Source of the DNA: Thiohalomonadaceae bacterium
GTDB taxonomy: Bacteria; Pseudomonadota; Gammaproteobacteria; Thiohalomonadales; Thiohalomonadaceae
Direction: 5' to 3'
NCBI GenBank assembly: GCA_050287105.1
Contig: JBNKBG010000001.1
Location: 1,546 to 65,545, forward strand
Length of the DNA: 64,000 nucleotides
Shown: positions 46,048-54,666 of the stretch, in pieces
Position numbering within the stretch: position 1 is the first letter of the stretch
Layout of the letters: every line of letters begins with the position of its first letter
The notes under the pieces: model-generated
The model's input: the letters and a program-made list of their open reading frames with translations, nothing else
The model's database searches: none
What the model was told of the DNA's origin: nothing
Position numbers and translations under genes: made by a program

Positions 46048-46680
46048 TTAGTCGCGCATCTCGCGCTCAAGCATACTCAAACTGGCCTGGAACGATTCAA
46101 GGGCAAACATTCGATCCATATAGGCCAGCAGGGGTGCAGCCTGCTTGGGCAGGGAAATATTCATCGCGGGCAAACGCCACAACAGCGGTGCCATGGCGCA
46201 ATCCACCAGGGAAAACTCGTCGCTGAGGAAGTAGGGCTTTTGCTCGAAGATAGGGCTAATCATCATCAGATTGTCCCGAATCTCTTTCTTCGCCTTAACG
46301 ACCGCTTTGTCCTTGTCACTACCATTGGCCGCCACATTGTAGTGGCTGTAAAGATCCTGCTCGATACGGTGCAGCATCAGGCGGTTGGTAGCGCGGGAGA
46401 CCGGGTCGACCGGCATCAGCGGCGGATGAGGAAAACGCTCATCCAGATATTCCATAATCACCTGTGAGTCGTAGAGCACCAGCTCACGATCCACCAGGGT
46501 CGGTACAGAGTTGTAGGGATTCAGATCGATCAGATCTTCCGGCAGTTTGCCGTAGTCGACCGGGACGATATCGACATTGATCCCCTTCTCAGCCAGGACG
46601 ATGCGGACGCGGTGGCTATAAACGTCGGTATCGCCGGAAAACAGCGTCATTACAGAGCGGCGGTTGGCAACCACACCCAT
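46048..46680 (-). CDS. sspA: stringent starvation protein A (GST-like)
   Basis: MTLFSG..D.YSHRVRIVLAEKG. Start at ATG 46680, preceded by AGGAGA. The longer track ORF would run through a strong terminator hairpin. Confidence 0.9.
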   Translation of the reverse strand: MGVVANRRSVMTLFSGDTDVYSHRVRIVLAEKGINVDIVPVDYGKLPEDLIDLNPYNSVPTLVDRELVLYDSQVIMEYLDERFPHPPLMPVDPVSRATNRLMLHRIEQDLYSHYNVAANGSDKDKAVVKAKKEIRDNLMMISPIFEQKPYFLSDEFSLVDCAMAPLLWRLPAMNISLPKQAAPLLAYMDRMFALESFQASLSMLEREMRD

Positions 46681-46702
46681 CTTATTCTCCTGCATAGCAA
46701 GT

Positions 46703-46740
46703 TCCAAATAACAAAGAAGGGGGGCACATGGCCCCCCTTC
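46703..46740 (-). terminator. rho-independent terminator downstream of petC
   Basis: Perfect 10-bp GC-rich stem gaaggggggc-acatg-gccccccttc (46716-46740). On the minus strand it is followed by TTTGTTATTTGG. Confidence 0.75.
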
Positions 46741-46824
46741 AAAAATCCTGTCCGACAAAACTACTGTCGACTTCTGGCGTTGGCCGGACGGCTATATTAC
46801 CACATCCGACACGCCTTCAGGATT

Positions 46825-47562
46825 TCAATGTACGTCTTTCCAGTATTCCTTCTTCAGGGCATAGGCAAAGACGAACAGAACAGCCAGGAACAGCAGTACC
46901 CAGATACCAATCTGTGTACGCTTGAGCTGCACCGGCTCGCCAACATAGACCAGGAAAGCGGTCAGGTCGCGGGCGGCCTGATCGTACTCTTCCTTGTTCA
47001 TGCTACCGGGCTGGACGATCTCAAAACCGGTGATATGGGTCGTTTCGTTACCCTCGGCATCGGTTGTGGTCTCGGTAACCGCCTTCTGCATCCCCTGCAG
47101 TTCCCACAGCACATGGGGCATGCCCACGTCCGGGAACATCAGGTTATTGACACCAAACGGACGCTTGGGGTCGATGTAGAAAGTGGTGAGGTAGTTGTAG
47201 ATGTAATCCACACCCCGGGCACGGGCCATGACGCTCAGATCCGGCGGCGGGTTACCAAACCAGCGCTTGGCATCAGCCTTGGGCATAGCCACGTTCATGG
47301 TGGAACCGATCTTGTCCGAGGCCAGCATCAGGTTCTTCTTCACCTGCTCGTCGGTCAGACCCAGATCCTCACCCATGCGGCTATAGCGCTGGGATTCGGC
47401 TGAGTGACAGCTCAGGCAGTAGTTGACGAACAGCTTGGCCCCGTGACGCAGGGATTCCTTGTTGCTCAGGTCGATATTGGCTTTTTCCATGTGCGGACCC
47501 GCGCCGGAGGCCATCACGGCAACCGGGAGCGCGAGCAGCAGTGCAGTAATCAGTTTCTTCAT
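46825..47562 (-). CDS. petC: cytochrome c1
   Basis: Signal peptide, CLSCHS heme motif, C-terminal TM anchor. Confidence 0.92.
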   Translation of the reverse strand: MKKLITALLLALPVAVMASGAGPHMEKANIDLSNKESLRHGAKLFVNYCLSCHSAESQRYSRMGEDLGLTDEQVKKNLMLASDKIGSTMNVAMPKADAKRWFGNPPPDLSVMARARGVDYIYNYLTTFYIDPKRPFGVNNLMFPDVGMPHVLWELQGMQKAVTETTTDAEGNETTHITGFEIVQPGSMNKEEYDQAARDLTAFLVYVGEPVQLKRTQIGIWVLLFLAVLFVFAYALKKEYWKDVH

Positions 47563-48797
47563 TTTGTCACCCTCTCCGGTACCGGCTTGGTTTTTTCATA
47601 CTTCGGAATAATCGCCAGGGCGATAAAGAAGACGAAGTAGTAGATCGTACCGATCTGGGCCAGCAGCTTGTACAGGTCGGTGGTCGGCTGCATACCGAGG
47701 TAACCCAGCATGACGAAGTCCGCAACGAAGACAAACAGCAGCACCTTGAAGCAAAGACCACGGTAGCGGATGGATTTGACCTTCTGACGGTCAATCCACG
47801 GCAGGAAGAACAGAATCACTACCGCCGCACCCATCGCCATAACACCCGGGAAGGCGGAACCGGCCATGGACGGTACCGCACGCAGGATGGCGTAGAACGG
47901 GGTGAAGTACCAAACCGGCGCAATGTGTGGCGGGGTCTTCAGCGGGTTAGCTGCTTCGAAGTTCGGGTGTTCCAGGAAATACCCGCCCATCTCAGGAGCG
48001 AAGAAGACGATGGCAAAGAAGATCATCAGGAAGACCACCACGCCGACGATATCTTTCACGGTGTAGTAGGGATGGAACGGGATACCATCCAGCGGGATGT
48101 GGGTCACCGGATCCTTGTTCTTCTTGATCTCAACGCCGTCGGGGTTGTTGGAGCCAACCTCGTGCAGGGCGATGATGTGTGCCACCACCAGACCCAGCAG
48201 TACCAGCGGTACCGCGATGACATGGAAGGCGAAGAAGCGGTTCAAAGTCGCGTCGGAGACCACGAAGTCACCACGAATCCACAGTGACAGGTCGTCGCCT
48301 ACGAACGGTACGGCGCTGAACAGGTTAACGATAACCTGGGCACCCCAATAGGACATCTGGCCCCAGGGCAGCAGGTAACCGAAGAATGCTTCTGCCATCA
48401 GTGCCAGATAGATCAGGCAACCGAAGATCCAGATCAGCTCGCGTGGCGCCTTGTAGGAGCCATACATCAGACCGCGGAACATGTGCAGGTAGACCACAGC
48501 GAAGAACGCCGAGGCACCGGTGGAGTGGGTGTAACGAATTACCCAGCCCCAGTTCACATCACGCATGATGTATTCCACAGAGGCGAAGGCCAGGGTGGCG
48601 TCCGGCTTGTAGCTCATGGTGAGGAAGATGCCGGTAACGATCTGGATAACCAGTACCAGCAGTGCCAGGGAACCGAAGAAGTACCAGAAATTAAAGTTCT
48701 TCGGCGCATAGTATTCAGAGAGGTGTTCCTTCCACATCTTGGTCAGCGGGAAGCGGGCATCCACCCAGCCCAGCAGTTGGGTCAACATGCTGTTCAT
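47559..48797 (-). CDS. petB: cytochrome b
   Basis: 412 aa, polytopic. Typical N-terminus plus the PEWY-equivalent region (APVWYFTPFYAILR). Confidence 0.95.
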   Translation of the reverse strand: MNSMLTQLLGWVDARFPLTKMWKEHLSEYYAPKNFNFWYFFGSLALLVLVIQIVTGIFLTMSYKPDATLAFASVEYIMRDVNWGWVIRYTHSTGASAFFAVVYLHMFRGLMYGSYKAPRELIWIFGCLIYLALMAEAFFGYLLPWGQMSYWGAQVIVNLFSAVPFVGDDLSLWIRGDFVVSDATLNRFFAFHVIAVPLVLLGLVVAHIIALHEVGSNNPDGVEIKKNKDPVTHIPLDGIPFHPYYTVKDIVGVVVFLMIFFAIVFFAPEMGGYFLEHPNFEAANPLKTPPHIAPVWYFTPFYAILRAVPSMAGSAFPGVMAMGAAVVILFFLPWIDRQKVKSIRYRGLCFKVLLFVFVADFVMLGYLGMQPTTDLYKLLAQIGTIYYFVFFIALAIIPKYEKTKPVPERVTK

Positions 48798-49396
48798 TAC
48801 GCGGCACCTCCGTCTTCACCCACAACGATCTGGGTGTTGCTCAGGAATTTGTAGGGCGGAACCGCCAGGTTCTTCGGCGCCGGTACACCGGCGAAGACGC
48901 GACCGGAGAGGTCAAAACGCGAACCGTGGCAGGGGCAGAAGAAGCCGCCTTTCCAATCCGGACCGAGGTCGGCGGGGGCTACATCAGGACGGTAGGTGGG
49001 GGAACAACCGAGGTGGGTACAGATGCCGACGATCACGGCGTATTCTTTATGGTCTTCACGGGCACGGAATACATTTTTCGCATATTCCGGCTGTTGCGCC
49101 GCTTCACATGAGGGGTCGAGAAGAGCGCCATCAATACTCGGCAGGTCATTCAGATTCTGCTCGGTACGACGAACGATCCAGACCGGCTTGCCGCGCCACT
49201 CAACCGTCATCAACTGACCTGGTTCGAGTTTACTGACATCGGCCTCAACCGGGGCCCCGGCAGCCTGCGCGCGAGCGCTGGGCCACATGGACATCACCAA
49301 CGGGGCAACCGCAAAACCTGCACCCACAGCACCAACAACACTCGTGGCAGCTGTGAGGAAGCGACGGCGACCCTTATCTACGCCTTCTGTGCTCAT
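48797..49396 (-). CDS. petA: ubiquinol-cytochrome c reductase Rieske iron-sulfur subunit
   Basis: Tat-like RRRFL, CTHLGC and CPCHGS motifs. Start at ATG 49396. Confidence 0.93.
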   Translation of the reverse strand: MSTEGVDKGRRRFLTAATSVVGAVGAGFAVAPLVMSMWPSARAQAAGAPVEADVSKLEPGQLMTVEWRGKPVWIVRRTEQNLNDLPSIDGALLDPSCEAAQQPEYAKNVFRAREDHKEYAVIVGICTHLGCSPTYRPDVAPADLGPDWKGGFFCPCHGSRFDLSGRVFAGVPAPKNLAVPPYKFLSNTQIVVGEDGGAA

Positions 49397-49586
49397 TAAG
49401 CCTCTCCCAACTAAAAAATGGTTTTGTAAACCGTAAAAACGCGCACAAAAATGCGCCCGCCACTGCTGCTGCGGACTCCCGTGCGCGTAAATCATCAGTA
49501 AATAAGAAGTTTCTTATTGACCAGATTATTTAGACGCGTAGTTTCGTATAAACCATGCGCCACGGTCAAGCAGACAGGGGGCCTAA

Positions 49587-50345
49587 TTAGGCCGGATTGG
49601 CAATATCAACGAATTGAAATTCCAGAGAAAAATACTCGGACATAGACCTGCCCAACGCCTCAACGCCAAGCCGTTCGGTAGCGTGGTGTCCGGCAGAAAG
49701 ATAGTGGATCCCCAGTTCCCGTGCGGCATGTACCGTCGGTTCGGATATCTCACCACTAATATAGGCATCCAGCCCCAACGCGGCGGCGGCCTCAATATAA
49801 TCCTGTGCCGCGCCACTGCACCAACCGACCCGGCGTACGGGGTGCTCTCCCCCTTCAATCACCAGCGGCTCCCGCTGTAACGGCTCGCCGATCTGTCGCG
49901 CCAACTCATCCAGTGACAACGGCTGCGGCAGGCTACCAAACATCCCCAGCCCACCGTTGGGCCCGGAGCCAAAACGCCCCTCGCACTCAATGCCCCAGAG
50001 GCGACCCAGTTGGGCGTTATTTCCCAGCTCAGTGTGCCCATCCAGCGGCAGGTGATAGGCCAGCAGGGAGATATCGTTGGCAAGCAACGCCTTGATCCGG
50101 TTGCGTTTAATCCCGGTGATTGGCCCCGCCTCCCCTTTCCAGAAGTAACCGTGGTGAACCAGAAGCAGATCGGCCCCCTGCTCCAGCGTCGCATCGATCA
50201 GCGCCTGCGAGGCACTCACTCCGGCAATGATGGAATTCACCTCAGCCCGCCCCTCGATCTGCAGACCGTTCGGGCAGTAATCCTGGTAGGCACCCACATC
50301 GAGCAGGGTGTCACAGTATTGAACCAGTTCACTCAGGGCCACCAT
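49587..50345 (-). CDS. Nif3-like dinuclear metal centre protein (YbgI family)
   Basis: 252 aa with LLVHHG.FW and GHHATE motifs. Confidence 0.88.
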   Translation of the reverse strand: MVALSELVQYCDTLLDVGAYQDYCPNGLQIEGRAEVNSIIAGVSASQALIDATLEQGADLLLVHHGYFWKGEAGPITGIKRNRIKALLANDISLLAYHLPLDGHTELGNNAQLGRLWGIECEGRFGSGPNGGLGMFGSLPQPLSLDELARQIGEPLQREPLVIEGGEHPVRRVGWCSGAAQDYIEAAAALGLDAYISGEISEPTVHAARELGIHYLSAGHHATERLGVEALGRSMSEYFSLEFQFVDIANPA

Positions 50346-50411
50346 GCGCTAATCTCTCCCATCAGGTAATATGCCAATTCTTCAACACCAGAATTGTAAG
50401 GTTCGCCAACC

Positions 50412-51578
50412 ATGAGTCTACCGAAAACTGCCCGATTCCTGTTTCAGTCGATCACGGTCGGCCTCGCCATTGCCTTTCTGGTGTTAGTCTCACGTCCCGA
50501 TCTCCTGCCCACTGCTAAAGACAAGAACATCGTCACCTTTGTTGAAAGCGATGGCGCCAATTCACGGGTCTACCAGACCGGTCCTGTATCCTACGCCGAG
50601 GCCGTAGACATTGCAGCCCCGGCAGTGGTCAACATCCACAGCCGCAAGACTGTGATTCAGTCCAGCCCGCTACTCGACGACCCCTTCTTCCGCCGCTTCT
50701 TCGGCGACCAGTTAGGCGCACCGCAAAAACGTCAGGAGACCTCGCTTGGCTCTGGCGTTATCGTCAACGAACACGGCTTTATCCTCACCAATAATCATGT
50801 CATCGATGGTGCTGAAGAGATCCGCGTCACCCTGCGCGATGGGCGTACCACCGAGGCCAAGGTTATCGGCAAGGACACCGAAGCCGACCTGGCGGTACTT
50901 AAGGTGGAACTGGATAAACTACCGGTGATCACCTTGGGTAAATCGGATGCACTGCGTGTCGGCGATGTGGTGCTGGCCATCGGTAACCCCTTCGGCGTCG
51001 GTCAAACCGTGACTCAGGGAATCGTCAGTGCCACCGGCCGTAGCGAACTGGGGATCAACACCTTCGAAAACTTCATTCAGACCGACGCGGCGATCAACCC
51101 CGGTAACTCCGGCGGTGCACTGATCACCGCACGGGGTGAACTCATCGGCATCAACACCGCCATCTTCAGCCAGTCCGGCGGCTCCGAAGGGATCGGCTTC
51201 GCCATCCCGGTCAGCCTGGCCAAGGTCAGCATGGCGCAGATCGTCGAGAAGGGTTACGTCAGCCGTGGCTGGCTGGGCATCGAGATCCAGGAACTCACCC
51301 CCGACCTGGCCGAATCCTTCGACCTCAAGGGTGAAAAAGGGGTGATCATCTCCGGCGTGTTGCGTAATGGCCCCGCCGACAAGGCAGGCCTGGAACCCGG
51401 CGATGTCATTAAACAGATCAACGGTAAAGCGATCGAAAGCGTTCATGCCGCGCTTAACGCCATCGCCCAGACTCAACCGAGCGAGGCGCTGACCATAAAC
51501 GGCATTCGTAACGGCAAGTCAGTGGAGATCAAAGCGACAGTGGCGGAACGACCACAGCAGCAGCAACAAAGTCGCTAA
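50412..51578 (+). CDS. DegS/AlgW-type periplasmic serine endoprotease (single PDZ)
   Basis: N-terminal TM helix, catalytic HV..., D.A.LK and GNSGGAL motifs, one PDZ domain. Confidence 0.88.
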   Translation: MSLPKTARFLFQSITVGLAIAFLVLVSRPDLLPTAKDKNIVTFVESDGANSRVYQTGPVSYAEAVDIAAPAVVNIHSRKTVIQSSPLLDDPFFRRFFGDQLGAPQKRQETSLGSGVIVNEHGFILTNNHVIDGAEEIRVTLRDGRTTEAKVIGKDTEADLAVLKVELDKLPVITLGKSDALRVGDVVLAIGNPFGVGQTVTQGIVSATGRSELGINTFENFIQTDAAINPGNSGGALITARGELIGINTAIFSQSGGSEGIGFAIPVSLAKVSMAQIVEKGYVSRGWLGIEIQELTPDLAESFDLKGEKGVIISGVLRNGPADKAGLEPGDVIKQINGKAIESVHAALNAIAQTQPSEALTINGIRNGKSVEIKATVAERPQQQQQSR

Positions 51579-51820
51579 CTGTCACTATTCAGTAATTTCA
51601 TTAAGTACTGCGTTCCATAGCACGTCTTTTCTTTCTGAAAAGCAATCAATACCAATACGCCTGCACAAAATTATGCACAGCACACGAAAATAACAAACAG
51701 TGAGAACTGTATTTAAATATTTTTCTTTCCTTCTAGAGACAATGTATTATGTATGTATAGAGCGATGGCAATGTGCTTCCAGGTTTAGGCGACCAGATAA
51801 CATGAGAATCGTGAAATTTC

Positions 51821-52663
51821 TTAGTTCCAATCGAAATCATTACCATAACCATACTTAGTCAGAGACTCACCAGCAGTCTCTTTAAAAGCTTTGATATGCT
51901 CAGGCTTAAATAATTCTCTCCAGCCTCCGCTTTCCCCCCTTCTGAAAGTTAAAGTTTTTGTCGAGTAAATATTTTCACAAATATAATCAAGTTCTTTTTC
52001 TGTTAGGGCAATCTCAAGATGTTCGGCAATTGACATAACACATGTTCGCTGCATCTCACGGGTTCCACCACCCCTTTCCCCAATCAGTTCTTCAAAACGA
52101 ACAACGAGTGAACACTCCTCTTCGAACCACTCCTCAAATCTCAAAAGCGCATCGGAAAGCGGTGAAACAATACCATCAACTCCCTGTATAATCGCCATTA
52201 GACGCGCATCATCATCAGGAAGTGAACTAAAGTAATTATGAGCATGGTGGGTTAAATCTATTGATGTCACGTATTTTACATAAGAAACGGCAATGTCCCT
52301 AGGATCCCTTATCATGAACAGCACTTTAACTCCCTGTTCCTTGACGAGTGATAGCACTTCAGGATGAGAAGGAAGATGTGCATTCCAGAACTGGCCTTTT
52401 TTAATATTACGTATACGATGAGACGTCAAACTGTCTATTTCGTCCCAACCCCTCAACGTTCTTTTCCCCACATTTCTTAGAAGAGGAAATCTTTCCAGAG
52501 TACGCTCAAGCATATTGGTTCCAGCCTTGGGAAAGCTATTCATCAACACCCTAGGCCCCACAAATCTGCCTTTAATTGCGCTAACGCTCATTCCACGCAA
52601 AGTAACAGCGATCTTCTTGCGCCCGAAATATAAATATCTATCTAATAAATTCTGCTGTTTCAT
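51821..52663 (-). CDS. sulfotransferase family protein
   Basis: 280 aa with a PKAGTNML (5'-PSB-like) and an IRDPRDIAVS (3'-PB-like) PAPS-binding motif. AT-rich flanks. Confidence 0.65.
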   Translation of the reverse strand: MKQQNLLDRYLYFGRKKIAVTLRGMSVSAIKGRFVGPRVLMNSFPKAGTNMLERTLERFPLLRNVGKRTLRGWDEIDSLTSHRIRNIKKGQFWNAHLPSHPEVLSLVKEQGVKVLFMIRDPRDIAVSYVKYVTSIDLTHHAHNYFSSLPDDDARLMAIIQGVDGIVSPLSDALLRFEEWFEEECSLVVRFEELIGERGGGTREMQRTCVMSIAEHLEIALTEKELDYICENIYSTKTLTFRRGESGGWRELFKPEHIKAFKETAGESLTKYGYGNDFDWN

Positions 52664-52775
52664 GATGATTCCAACACTTAGAATAAGAGGAAAAGAAAGG
52701 GCAGTCTATTGAATTACGCTGTACTAATCTAACACAAGACTAACAAATAATTTCACTCAACGCTGTCAACAGAGC

Positions 52776-52839
52776 AAAGAGAACGGGGACAGACCAAAGA
52801 GAACGGGGACAAAGAGAACGGGGACAGACCACGGTTTTC
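52776..52839. repeat. REP-like repeat cluster at the 3' side of rayT
   Basis: aaagagaacggggacagacc at 52776-52795, a truncated copy at 52796-52810, a full copy at 52811-52830. cggggacagaccacggttttc (52819-52839) is the exact reverse complement of a 21-mer in both right-hand copies. Confidence 0.8.
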
Positions 52840-53533
52840 AGTATTCTTCACGCCTTGGTCTCCCAGATTTTCCAGGCGTCACACGCCTGCCAAGCATCGT
52901 CTCCACCTGCTCCGCAAAGCGGCCATCCCCTAACACAAAGTTACCATTAGTTGATTTCCTAATTTCATCAATAACACCAGGTTCCATTTGGTAACGAAAC
53001 AACTCACGATAAGCGACCTGCCTCTCAATATCGCTTTCCCCTAGAGCCGTATACAACGGATGAGGACTTAGCAACTTATTACCATCCATCCCTTGTCCGT
53101 TTGCACGATAACTTGACCAAGGGTAGTCCGCAGGATGATCAACCATACCGGCACGAACTGGATTCAGTTCAATGTAACGATGGCAGGTGAGCAGGTATGT
53201 CTCATCTTGAATCAAACAGGAGCGGTAGCGTCCCTCCCATAAGGTTCCACTACGCCGATAGGTGCGATTGACGTATTGCACATACCGCTGACCTAGTTTC
53301 TTCATCATCTGCCCTACTGATTCAGCCTTATCAGGCGTTAGCAGCATATGCACATGATTAGTCATTAAGACATAGGAATGAATCGCACATCCTGTTTCCT
53401 CAGCATATTTCCCTAGCCACTCCAGATAGAACTGGTAGTCCTGGTCGGCATAGAAACAGGCCTGACGATTGTTTCCTCTCTGAATGATATGTAGCGGGAT
53501 ATTAGGCAGCGCTACCCTTGGACGCCTTGGCAT
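52838..53533 (-). mobile_element. REP-associated tyrosine transposase (RayT / IS200-like Y1 transposase)
   Basis: 231 aa: HIIQRGNNRQACF, VLMTNHVHMLLTP (HUH), YIELNPVRAGMV..P.DYPWSSY (catalytic Y region). Flanked by inverted REP-like repeats. Confidence 0.85.
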
Positions 53534-53576
53534 AACGATCTTCCATGATCTAGCAGAACGTTTATAGGGTACTAAA

Positions 53577-53660
53577 TGTCAGGCACCTGGAAAACCGTGG
53601 TCTGTCCCCGGTTATTTTAATGTCAGGCACCTGGAAAACCGTGGTCTGTCCCCGGTTATT
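53577..53660. repeat. two direct copies (44-nt period) of a 40-nt REP-like element at the 5' side of rayT
   Basis: tgtcaggcacctggaaaaccgtggtctgtccccggttatt at 53577-53616 and 53621-53660. It contains the inverted 21-mer of the left cluster. Confidence 0.85.
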
Positions 53661-53874
53661 TCGCAAGATCCCCGCTTCGTTACTGCCGACCCTGGCCAGA
53701 TTGTTTGCGGTGTCGCTGGAGGAGCTGACGGGGATGGAGAAGATGCCGACCAAGCGCGGCCCGGCCTCTATCCTGCAACGGCAGATCGAGCAAATCGGGA
53801 TGATGCCAAGGCCAAAACAGAAGTTCATTACGGAGATGCTGGAGGCGCTGATTAAACAGCAACAGGCTTCTTAG
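53661..53874 (+). pseudogene. 5'-truncated XRE-family HTH regulator remnant
   Basis: The translation ...LPTLARLFAVSLEELTG..KRGPASILQRQIEQIGMMPRPKQKFITEMLEALIKQ looks like the last HTH helix plus C-terminal tail of small XRE-type proteins. The N-terminal helices are missing, and the frame is entered straight from the REP copy. Confidence 0.5.
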
Positions 53875-53947
53875 AGAAGACGCTGACCAAGGGTGCTGTA
53901 ACACCCAAGGCCAGCTAACCAAAACCCAACTACACAGGAGTTGAGCA

Positions 53948-54199
53948 ATGGCTAAGCGCGATTGTACGGGTAAAACACGCCCAGGAAAAATCCCCACCCA
54001 TAAATGGCTTACCGTCGGTAGGTTCTATTACTACTACACTCCCACCAAAGACGCTCCACCCGGCACGTCCAATCACTCGGTCATGGTGCCTGCGATTAAC
54101 ATCAAGGGCCGCTGGCTGGATGAGGCTGGCTTTGCCATTGGGGCCAAGGTCAGGGTGAGGGTCTGTCAGGGGTGTTTGGTGATGACGGTTGAGGAGTGA
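53948..54199 (+). CDS. symE: SymE family type I toxin (AbrB/SpoVT-fold)
   Basis: 83 aa. LTVGR...VPAINIKGRWLDEAGFAIGAKVRVRVCQGCLVMT aligns with E. coli SymE (LTVSY...[34 protein letters not shown]). AGGAG RBS upstream. Confidence 0.8.
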   Translation: MAKRDCTGKTRPGKIPTHKWLTVGRFYYYYTPTKDAPPGTSNHSVMVPAINIKGRWLDEAGFAIGAKVRVRVCQGCLVMTVEE

Positions 54200-54207
54200 G
54201 GAAAAGA

Positions 54208-54240
54208 AAGCCCCGCTTGCCGGGTGGCAGGCGGGGCTTT
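54208..54240. terminator. bidirectional rho-independent terminator between symE and the Rhs operon end
   Basis: aaagccccgc...gcggggcttt 10-bp stem, A-rich upstream, cttttc downstream. Confidence 0.7.
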
Positions 54241-54270
54241 TCGATCTGAAAGGGCGAGTTCAGTCAGGAA

Positions 54271-54666
54271 CTAATCCCAGTAGCTTTTCTTCCTTGGGAA
54301 AAACTCCATCGCACCGACATTGCCGGAGAAGGTGAATTTGCCATGAATTCCATCTTCTTGAATGGAGCCAGCAAAGCTACCACCGTATAACGTGTCAGCA
54401 ATAGCAAATCTAATATTCCCCTTCTCAATAGTTGGATGCACAACAATCAAATTACCTGCACCACCCTCGCATATCTGGAGCGTCCCAACGTATCCTTTTT
54501 TCGTAACAATGATCCGCAACTCAACTCCTGACAAATCTCCCGACTCATCGTTATAAGCAATGCTGGAAAACGTTCCTGTATATTTAACTCCATCTGCTAA
54601 TGCACAGTTAGCAACGAGTGCAATCAGCAAAACAAACAACAAATATATTTTCGTGTTTTTCATCAT
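54271..54666 (-). CDS. exported small protein, candidate immunity for the orphan M15-like toxin
   Basis: Signal peptide MMKNTKIYLLFVLLIALVANCALA. The ATG overlaps the toxin TGA (ATGATGA). No recognisable family. Confidence 0.55.
   Translation of the reverse strand: MMKNTKIYLLFVLLIALVANCALADGVKYTGTFSSIAYNDESGDLSGVELRIIVTKKGYVGTLQICEGGAGNLIVVHPTIEKGNIRFAIADTLYGGSFAGSIQEDGIHGKFTFSGNVGAMEFFPRKKSYWD

Noticed and set aside
46681-46758. Longer N-terminal extension of sspA (track ORF start at 46758)
   Set aside because: The extension would read through a perfect 10-bp terminator hairpin and lacks an RBS. The ATG at 46680 has AGGAGA upstream and gives the canonical SspA N-terminus.
49580-49593. Perfect 14-nt palindrome ggcctaattaggcc overlapping the nif3 stop
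   Set aside because: It has a very short 4-bp GC stem with an AT centre and no T-tract. It is most likely chance, or a weak terminator at best.
51579-51820. tRNA or integrase attachment site at the island boundary
   Set aside because: The spacer is AT-rich with no cloverleaf-compatible GC stems. No matching direct repeat was visible at the other boundary.
53577-53660. Possible CRISPR-like array (two identical 40-nt repeats)
   Set aside because: There are only two copies, separated by 4 nt with no spacers. An inverted partner sits on the other side of a RayT gene. These are REP elements, not CRISPR.
53875-53947. LexA (SOS) box upstream of symE
   Set aside because: I looked for CTGT-N8-ACAG. 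The only CTGT (in gtgctgtaacaccc) is not followed by ACAG at the right spacing.
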